From a virus (lineage: Duplodnaviria; Heunggongvirae; Uroviricota; Caudoviricetes): a stretch of DNA of 34,757 bases. Both the position numbers and the translations under genes were made by a program. The stretch lies in IMG/VR virus record IMGVR_UViG_2778261151_000006, positions 1-34,757 of that record; one strand, written 5' to 3'. Under the pieces are notes generated by a model. That model was not told the DNA's origin. It ran no database searches and saw only the letters and a list, made by a program, of their open reading frames with translations. Numbering within the stretch: position 1 is the first letter of the stretch; every line of letters starts with the position of its first letter. Shown in pieces: positions 28,379 to 34,757 of the stretch.

Positions 28379-28490
28379 ATTACGGGATTCTGAAATCCCG
28401 TTTTTGCCTGTTTTGTGCGCGCTTCATATATCGCTGCGCGTTTTTTGCTCATTTACGGGATTCGTGAGTCCCGTTTCTGTCTGTTTTTTG
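28379..28490. repeat. Two about 39-bp direct repeats, each with a hairpin-forming palindrome, upstream of parM and overlapping the 3' end of A
   Basis: attacgggattctgaaatcccgtttttgcctgttttgtg (28379-28417) and atttacgggattcgtgagtcccgtttctgtctgttttttg (28451-28490). Confidence 0.5.
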
Positions 28491-31264
28491 TTTCCACTGG
28501 TCAGGCCACCCCGCAGCAGGTCTGCTTTGCGGCGGGCGCGTTCAGTGGTTTCACTGATTCTCTGTGCGTGCTCTGCGTCGCGGATGGCGCGCAGCATGTC
28601 AGAAAGCACGGTAACGGGTGTTTTCATGGTGTTCTGGTCCTGCTGAAGTATGGATGCCAGGCGTGCGGCTGCTTCGGGGTCTGATGTCCCCAGCTGTTCC
28701 AGATAGCTGGCGACAGGGTTATGACGGATCTCCGTGCTGCTTACGCCGTGATTACGGCTCAGGCGTTGCCAGAGTTGCGTGATTCGGCTGTCCGGGCGGG
28801 TATCCGGTTTGCGTACAATTTCAAATCCCTGCGGTGCAATGATGCTGCCGTCAACGTACAGACTGCCGCCCCGTAACAAGTGCTGCATCTGTTGTTCACC
28901 GATATGCAGGCCGAGAGATTCAGCAGACTCCCGCCATTCTTTAGCGAGTAATTCGTGGTTATCAGGCAAAGGCCGCGGCTGTTTGCGGCTCTGCGTCCAG
29001 TTCTGCATTTCATCACTGCTGTTTTTTGCCTGTTTGTCACGAAGCGAACGCATCAGCGCCCGGCGTTCGTGCCGTTTCAGTGAGCGCATCCATTCGTTCA
29101 CTTCAACGCCGTCAGGGAGCTGCGGCCACGGTGCTGGCCGTTCTTCCGGCTGTTCTGTCCCGTTGTTGTTCGTTTCCTGTACACGGGGACAGTTATTGCC
29201 ACGAGTCCAAGGGGCGGCAGGGCCGCCCTGAAGGTCAAAACCATTTTCGCGGGCGCTGTCTTCCGCTTCCGGTTTGCGTCTTACCAGCTTCCAGTTATCC
29301 GGATGCGTGCACACACGGGAGGATTCCCCGATGAGTGGTGACCAGATCCCGTAAATCTGTACGCTCTGTTCGCCGTAATCGTTCAGCTCATCTGCGAGGT
29401 CGTAGGCGGTGCGAATCAGGTAGTCCTTGCGTGGAACAAGTACGCCGCCCTGTTTCTCTATGTAGGTGGCAAAACATCCGGCATCAGCGGCAGCGAGTAC
29501 CGCATCCATTGCGTCATCCTTCAGCCGTTGCGGGCCTTCCGGGTTGCGTGCCATCTGGCTGGCAAGGCGGCGGAGTTCACGCCATACCTGACGGGAGGGG
29601 ATGCCAAAGAACTGGAACTGGCGGACCCGGTGAAGGCGCGCCCAGCCGATGGCGCGTTCCACACTCTCGGCCATTGATTTTCCGGTTTCGTGGTCAACGC
29701 GTGGCTTGCCCGTTTTCGGGTCGATGCCATCCACGGCGCGGCTGTCCAGGTTCTTTCCGATGTAGGTGGCGATGTAGCTGGTTGGCGTGCCTTTTGAGCC
29801 GTCGACGTACTCCGCCTTAAAACGCGGAGTTATGTCATCGCCCAGCTCGTGGCGGTCTTCCTGAATGGCAATATCGCGGGTGATGGCCACGATGCTGTCG
29901 ATTTCTTCCGGATGAGCAAAGACCATCATGTGCCAGTGCACGGTGCCGTCATGGTGAGGCTCCACCGTGCGGATGCCATACCAGCGCAGGCCGTCGCGGT
30001 TCAGTTTTTTGCGGACCGCCGCAAAAAACGTGTTAACCAGGTAATCGCTGGAGTCGCGCATGGTGGCCCCGTTCCATTTGGGGTTCGGATGACCGTTCTC
30101 CGTTGTTGCGTGGTATTTTGACGGGCAGGTGACAGTCAGAAACACCGCTCTGTCGCCACGGGCTTCGGCCAGAAGTTCCAGTCCCTTCATGGTGGCCATC
30201 ATTTCTGCCTTACGGTGAACCGGGTTACTTACTCCCGCGTAATACACTGTCTCGAGATCAATCGTGAACCCGTCTTCATTTTCCAGCATGAAACTTTTCA
30301 GGAAATCGCGTGTTTTCTCGCGTTGTGCGCGAAACTCGCTTAACGCGTCCTGGCTCAGATAGGGTGATGTTTTTCTGGAAACCAGACAGGCGGCGCGGAG
30401 TTGTTCTTCCCGCCACTCGCAACGTAACAGCCACAGTTTGCGTTTCCACCATTCCGCACAGGTCAGGCGAAGGATTGCGCCCGGCAGCAGCTCCGTATTC
30501 GGTGCGTTCTTCCGGTCTTTGTCCGTTCTCAGTGCTTCGTAATGCGGCGGCATGGCGTGCAGGTGTAACGCCATGCGGGCCAGCATCTGATACGCCTTCA
30601 GCGTTACATCCATGGTCAGTTCGCCATCAGTCGCGCCAAAGCCATCGCAGAGTTTTTCGAAGGTGCTGCTGAACATCGCCGCCGTCATGGTGGCCAGCGT
30701 CTGTATCTGGTGTTTGTTGAGCTGCGGCAGGTAAAGCAAATCGTCCAGGCGTTCGCGTCCGGCAAGGGAGCGATAACCCGGTGTCAGCCAGCGGTGATCG
30801 GTGCGGTCCAGACGTTCGAATATTTTGCGCAGGGTTCCGCGCGCGTAGCGTTCAGCCTGCCAGCTCTTTTTGCCTTTCTGGCGATCGGCTTCCTGTTTTT
30901 TGCGCAGGAAAGAGAGGTGGCGGCTCAGAGGCTCACGCAGATAAACGGGAAGCACCTTCAGTGTGGCAAAAGCACGGGCCACCGGGTCTTGTTCTGTTGC
31001 CTGACGCTTGCTGATGATGCTTTGTGCCAGCTTTTCACGCTGTCCGGCTTCCTCAAGGGATGCCATGAGTTTTTTACCCACGGTGGATTGTGCGAAAAAG
31101 GCTTCCTCCTTCGCTTCCTGTTCTTCCAGAGCCTTTTTGTCTGCCTCAAGGTAGTAACGGATGGCGCGTTGCAGGTCGGTTTCAGTTTCCTGCCTGTGCT
31201 CCGTAAATCTGGCCGGATCAATGGCTGGCCGTGGTTCATTCCAGCTCCATGCAAACTCACTCAT
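28424..31264 (-). CDS. Replication initiation protein (P2 gpA-like rolling-circle endonuclease)
   Basis: 946 aa from ATG 31262-31264 (ATGA overlap with upstream gene); HUH-like motif HHDGTVHWHMMVF and tyrosine motif YIATYIGK. Confidence 0.85.
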   Translation of the reverse strand: MSEFAWSWNEPRPAIDPARFTEHRQETETDLQRAIRYYLEADKKALEEQEAKEEAFFAQSTVGKKLMASLEEAGQREKLAQSIISKRQATEQDPVARAFATLKVLPVYLREPLSRHLSFLRKKQEADRQKGKKSWQAERYARGTLRKIFERLDRTDHRWLTPGYRSLAGRERLDDLLYLPQLNKHQIQTLATMTAAMFSSTFEKLCDGFGATDGELTMDVTLKAYQMLARMALHLHAMPPHYEALRTDKDRKNAPNTELLPGAILRLTCAEWWKRKLWLLRCEWREEQLRAACLVSRKTSPYLSQDALSEFRAQREKTRDFLKSFMLENEDGFTIDLETVYYAGVSNPVHRKAEMMATMKGLELLAEARGDRAVFLTVTCPSKYHATTENGHPNPKWNGATMRDSSDYLVNTFFAAVRKKLNRDGLRWYGIRTVEPHHDGTVHWHMMVFAHPEEIDSIVAITRDIAIQEDRHELGDDITPRFKAEYVDGSKGTPTSYIATYIGKNLDSRAVDGIDPKTGKPRVDHETGKSMAESVERAIGWARLHRVRQFQFFGIPSRQVWRELRRLASQMARNPEGPQRLKDDAMDAVLAAADAGCFATYIEKQGGVLVPRKDYLIRTAYDLADELNDYGEQSVQIYGIWSPLIGESSRVCTHPDNWKLVRRKPEAEDSARENGFDLQGGPAAPWTRGNNCPRVQETNNNGTEQPEERPAPWPQLPDGVEVNEWMRSLKRHERRALMRSLRDKQAKNSSDEMQNWTQSRKQPRPLPDNHELLAKEWRESAESLGLHIGEQQMQHLLRGGSLYVDGSIIAPQGFEIVRKPDTRPDSRITQLWQRLSRNHGVSSTEIRHNPVASYLEQLGTSDPEAAARLASILQQDQNTMKTPVTVLSDMLRAIRDAEHAQRISETTERARRKADLLRGGLTSGNKKQTETGLTNPVNEQKTRSDI

Positions 31265-31650
31265 GGCTGGTATCCCGTCACGCGCTGCCACTCCTGCGAG
31301 AAGAGGGCAGAAAGGCGGTTAAATTCAGCGGTGTATTCACTCAGCGAGGCACACCCGCCAGCAGTGCGATGCGCCAGCATTGCCGCAAATACGGAGGCCG
31401 GGGAGTCGTAATACGCCAGCAGTGATTCTCCGTGTGGTGTCAGGCAGTGCAACGCCAGCCCGTGTGGTGTGAAGTCCACGCGGTAGCAGTCGTCTACTGT
31501 GAAATAAAGGGTGTCTGCATTCTCCGGTTTTGTGGTGCGTGCTCTGTTGTCACGACCACGGATGTAGAGATCAAATAATCCCTGAAGAACGGGAGCCAGA
31601 CGGGTGTCCTGTGTGCGCACCCATCTTGTGAAGTCATGAGCGTCAATCAT
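31261..31650 (-). CDS. Hypothetical early protein (129 aa)
   Basis: ORF translationally coupled to A. Confidence 0.55.
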   Translation of the reverse strand: MIDAHDFTRWVRTQDTRLAPVLQGLFDLYIRGRDNRARTTKPENADTLYFTVDDCYRVDFTPHGLALHCLTPHGESLLAYYDSPASVFAAMLAHRTAGGCASLSEYTAEFNRLSALFSQEWQRVTGYQP

Positions 31651-31722
31651 GCTGCAATTCTCTTTACTACAGATGTGCGAAGGCCTCCCGCCGCAAGGTG
31701 CAGGAAAGGCCCGGAACAGGAA

Positions 31723-31953
31723 TTAATGGAGTTTGTTTTGCTGCTGGAAGAGTTGTTGCAGCTCGCGCAGATCATCCGCCAGATAGCTGAAAACAGAGGC
31801 GGAATAGATGTTCGATAGCGCGTGGCTGCGCTCATGCAGCATATTGATGTGCATGATTTGCGCGACGCGTGATGCGCGGAAAAGTCTACGGTTGATTTCA
31901 GTCTGGATGTGACGACGCGCAGCGTATGCGCGCTGTTGTTTGCGGTTTGCCAT
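31723..31953 (-). CDS. Hypothetical small basic protein (76 aa)
   Basis: ORF preferred over an overlapping 205-aa low-complexity ORF; weak evidence. Confidence 0.4.
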   Translation of the reverse strand: MANRKQQRAYAARRHIQTEINRRLFRASRVAQIMHINMLHERSHALSNIYSASVFSYLADDLRELQQLFQQQNKLH

Positions 31954-32130
31954 GGTGTGGCCTCTTTGCTCGGTGATAGAAATAGCTCACCATCCAGAGT
32001 TGAGAATCTCGGGGTGGCGAGACGTACAGGGTTCTCAACACCGGAGAGCAAAGAATCCGGCCCGACCGAAGTCGGCCCCGTACGCCCCGCCATAATTCTG
32101 ACGCGAAAAAGACGTGGCAATACAGTACGC

Positions 32131-32153
32131 ACAAAAAAACCGCTGGCGCGGTT
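32131..32153 (-). terminator. Rho-independent terminator within the early-region gap
   Basis: Hairpin aaccgc-tggc-gcggtt followed on the minus strand by 7 T. Confidence 0.5.
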
Positions 32154-32275
32154 ATGCGCTTTGCTCTGTATCGGGTTGAGAATCCCGGCACCCGTTTTAT
32201 GAGGTGCAGCGGAAATGTAACCTGACCGATTGCGGCATGGCAAGCGGTTTTTTTGTGTGTGCATGTTCTGGTTTC

Positions 32276-32575
32276 TTACTGGTTCAGAAAAAAATCAAAA
32301 ACGTTATCGATGCGTTGCAGCAGCTCTTGCTGCATTGCTTCCGGCGTTTCCGGTTCGCCAGGTGCCCCCAGCGTTGCGCAGAAATCAGCGATTTCATGAT
32401 GGAGCGCCAGGCGAATGGCTGGAGACATGGTTCTGGCGTGCTCCAGCTCATCCAGCAGTGCCAGCACGGCAGACGGCGAGAGCATTGCGCGAAACGCCAG
32501 TAATTTTTGATGCGTTGCCATTCGTTGCAGGTCAATCGCCAGTTCGCGTAATTCCCGATGGTTGATGGCGCTCAT
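32276..32575 (-). CDS. Hypothetical early protein (99 aa)
   Basis: ORF; start overlaps upstream stop. Confidence 0.55.
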   Translation of the reverse strand: MSAINHRELRELAIDLQRMATHQKLLAFRAMLSPSAVLALLDELEHARTMSPAIRLALHHEIADFCATLGAPGEPETPEAMQQELLQRIDNVFDFFLNQ

Positions 32576-32817
32576 GCTCTGGCTTCCTTCAGTAGCTGGT
32601 TAAACATGTTGGTAAGTGGATTGCCGCACCCGAACGGCATCGGGTTTATCTGGTAAGAAAAGCGACCGCCTGTTTTGCGCTCTTTTCTTATGACTGAACC
32701 GCTGCGCCAGAGTCGGCGTAACTCCGCATTAATGGCTGTGGTTGGGGTATTCAGTGCTGCGGCGATTTCTCCACCGCTACACCCCGGATTGGCGGCGATA
32801 TAGTCCAGAATGGTCAT
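32572..32817 (-). CDS. Small DNA-binding protein, winged-helix-like (81 aa)
   Basis: MTILDYIAANPGCSGGEIAAALNTPTTAINAELRRLW resembles a helix-turn-helix recognition region. Confidence 0.5.
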   Translation of the reverse strand: MTILDYIAANPGCSGGEIAAALNTPTTAINAELRRLWRSGSVIRKERKTGGRFSYQINPMPFGCGNPLTNMFNQLLKEARA

Positions 32818-33017
32818 CTGCGTGACTCCTGTACCTGTCGGATAAGGTTCACCCGCACCACATTCGTGGCGCAGAAGTAAGTGCCGTCAGTGAGATAGAT
32901 GTGATGTGCATCCTTTTCTGAACGGTGTTTGTCGATTGTGGTAATCAGGCGTTCGTCGACTTCGTATTCACGTCCTCTGGAGGTAAAACGAACGACAGGA
33001 AAATGCTTAATTGCCAT
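32814..33017 (-). CDS. Hypothetical early protein (67 aa)
   Basis: ORF; overlapping stop/start with the downstream gene. Confidence 0.5.
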   Translation of the reverse strand: MAIKHFPVVRFTSRGREYEVDERLITTIDKHRSEKDAHHIYLTDGTYFCATNVVRVNLIRQVQESRR

Positions 33018-33103
33018 TACGCCTCCTTGGCGTGTGCGAATACCTCCGCGAATGCGGATTGTTTTTACATTTTCTTATTTAACCTGTGGTTTTATTTGCT
33101 CTG

Positions 33104-33217
33104 TTATTCGCCAGTGAAAAAGCGTTCAATCTTTTTTACTGAATGAATAATTCGCATAATCCCAATGGCGCAGGCCACCGAAATAATCAGAACAAGCCAT
33201 GAGATAAATATACTCAT
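33104..33217 (-). CDS. Small hydrophobic peptide (37 aa), single predicted transmembrane helix
   Basis: Not in the ORF track; MSIFISWLVLIISVACAIGIMRIIHSVKKIERFFTGE; ATG overlaps the upstream stop (ATGA). Confidence 0.4.
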   Translation of the reverse strand: MSIFISWLVLIISVACAIGIMRIIHSVKKIERFFTGE

Positions 33218-33456
33218 GCAATATTCCCCAGCTTATACGGTTCAATATGTTCCCCGCATTCTGCGGCACAGATCAGCTCGGAAAGTTCGTTAAGTGCATC
33301 CAGATCATCAGCGTAAAAAGCCACGTCATACAGACTCCGGATTGCCCTGGTCAATGAGTCACGGGCTGCACGTTCAGCATGAGCGCCTGATGCACTTAAG
33401 CGAAAATAAAATCGTTCAAGTGCTTTGTTAATGAGAGTTTTATATTCTTTGTCCAT
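33214..33456 (-). CDS. Hypothetical early protein (80 aa)
   Basis: ORF in the early operon. Confidence 0.55.
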   Translation of the reverse strand: MDKEYKTLINKALERFYFRLSASGAHAERAARDSLTRAIRSLYDVAFYADDLDALNELSELICAAECGEHIEPYKLGNIA

Positions 33457-33476
33457 TGCATTTCCTCGGAAAACAA

Positions 33477-33731
33477 TTAAACAAAATCTCTTAATGGTTT
33501 ACCTGATTCAATGCGCTCAATTGCATCGTTAATGGCCATGTATGCGGCGTGATCACCTGCATAGCGTGCGCATTCCTGTAGTGACTTTAATCCTCTGATA
33601 ATATCGCTTTTTGCTTCCGATAAAGGTTTTATCGTATTTAATGCATCGCGGGCATTATTATCTATGAGCCGGTGTATGATAAGAGAGTAGGCCGAGGCTA
33701 TCTCTACCATGTTTTTTGTCGTTGTTGCCAT
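33477..33731 (-). CDS. Hypothetical early protein (84 aa)
   Basis: ORF in the early operon. Confidence 0.55.
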   Translation of the reverse strand: MATTTKNMVEIASAYSLIIHRLIDNNARDALNTIKPLSEAKSDIIRGLKSLQECARYAGDHAAYMAINDAIERIESGKPLRDFV

Positions 33732-33734
33732 TGG

Positions 33735-34085
33735 TTAATTCCCCCGTGGATGCTGAAAACTACGACCTGCAATTAAGCGGTCAACCGTGCGTAGTGCTTC
33801 GTACAATGTGAAATCCTGTCCGAACTGATTGTCGCCGTTGCTCAGTACAAAAATGCGGTTTCCGGTAAACGGATTGTGTGGGCATCTGTGAACCACGATT
33901 CCAGCTTTCTCAATCAGCCAGGCATGCTCGCCGATTTGTTTTACAGCGTGCCCATCTGGTGTTGCGTGCGTCTCGTTCAGGTTATAGCGACTGTTACTAC
34001 GTGATGCACTGGTAGCGACGTGGTGTACATGGCGTTCTACGCCATTACGAAATTTGGAGTATGGATTATTAGTGTTTTTTTTCAT
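33735..34085 (-). CDS. Hypothetical early protein (116 aa)
   Basis: First ORF of the early operon after the IS element. Confidence 0.55.
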   Translation of the reverse strand: MKKNTNNPYSKFRNGVERHVHHVATSASRSNSRYNLNETHATPDGHAVKQIGEHAWLIEKAGIVVHRCPHNPFTGNRIFVLSNGDNQFGQDFTLYEALRTVDRLIAGRSFQHPRGN

Positions 34086-34194
34086 GATGATGCTCTGTTC
34101 ATTGTTTTAGCTGTTAGCCAAAGCGTCTTTTAACATCGCCACAAGGTTTACTTCAGGCTTTTCCATTTTGGCACGTTTGGGGCGGATAATAATT

Positions 34195-34757
34195 GTAAGC
34201 GGCTCGCCAGAACCGTATTGATATTTACTGAGAAGTCAGATCAACTTTCCAGGGCAACAGATCGCGTACCCGGTTTGCCGGCCAGTCCTGGATATGCTCA
34301 ATAACGTAACGCAGCCATTTTTCTGGCTCTACATTGTTCAGACGGCATGTGCCGATCAGCGAGTACAACACCGCCGCATGTTCGCCACCGCTGTCGGAAC
34401 CCGCGAAGAGCCAGTTTTTCCGGCCTACGGCCACTCCCCGTAAGGCGTTCTCTGCGATGTTGTTGTCGATTTCCACCCAGCCATTACTGCAGTACACGTT
34501 CAGGGCCTCCCACTGTTTCAGCAGGTATGTGAACGCTTTTGCCGTATCCGAGTGACGCGACAGTGTTTTCATCTGTTGCTGTATCCAGTCATACAGTGAC
34601 TGCATCAGTGGAGCCGCTCTGGCTTTTCTTGCTGCCAGACGCTGTTCTGCTGAACATCCCCGGACTTCTGCCTCGATGACATACAGTTCACCGATACGCT
34701 GCAGGGCTTCCGTGGTGATGTCGGTTGGCACTCTTGCATGCACATCGTGGATTTTTC
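34195..34757 (-). mobile_element. IS66-family insertion sequence, 3' portion (continues beyond window end)
   Basis: Terminal GTAAGCG at 34195-34201 about 30 bp past the transposase stop; IS66-family inverted repeats start with GTAA as recalled; exact boundary unverified. Confidence 0.65.
34225..34757 (-). CDS. IS66-family transposase (TnpC), C-terminal fragment truncated by the window edge
   Basis: C-terminal sequence [38 protein letters not shown] typical of IS66 TnpC as recalled. Confidence 0.8.
   Translation of the reverse strand, partial: KIHDVHARVPTDITTEALQRIGELYVIEAEVRGCSAEQRLAARKARAAPLMQSLYDWIQQQMKTLSRHSDTAKAFTYLLKQWEALNVYCSNGWVEIDNNIAENALRGVAVGRKNWLFAGSDSGGEHAAVLYSLIGTCRLNNVEPEKWLRYVIEHIQDWPANRVRDLLPWKVDLTSQ

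Noticed and set aside
31647-32264. 205-aa minus-strand ORF spanning the early-region gap
   Set aside because: Highly biased Ser/Cys/Arg-rich translation running through a structured non-coding region with a terminator; the shorter 76-aa ORF (31723-31953) is more plausible, though itself uncertain.
31954-32275. Retron msr/msd non-coding RNA
   Set aside because: No reverse transcriptase gene anywhere in the window; structure alone is insufficient.

Overview
The window opens with an enterobacterial-type tRNA operon (tRNA-Gly GCC, tRNA-Cys GCA, tRNA-Leu TAA; 1-303) and a terminator. Next comes a small two-gene operon (541-1547, minus strand) encoding a signal-peptide protein and a 126-aa partner, then a Hok/Gef-family type I toxin locus (about 1721-2100). 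The remaining ~32.5 kb is a near-complete P2-like (myovirus) prophage: ogr and D (minus); FI, FII, E/E', T, U (plus); a serine invertase with a ~3.1-kb Mu G-segment-like invertible tail-fibre cassette; H, I, J, W, V, S, R; a pinholin / SAR-endolysin / spanin lysis cassette; X, L, M, N, O (minus); P and Q (plus); a cos-proximal non-coding region; an accessory slot with three unrecognised small genes plus a ParM/ParR type II partition locus; the A-type replication initiator; and small early genes. The right edge is cut by an IS66-family element (C-terminal transposase fragment). No integrase, att core or CRISPR array was found in the window. All assignments rest on reading the six-frame translations and recalled family knowledge; no database search was run, and P2 gene names denote family-level similarity only.
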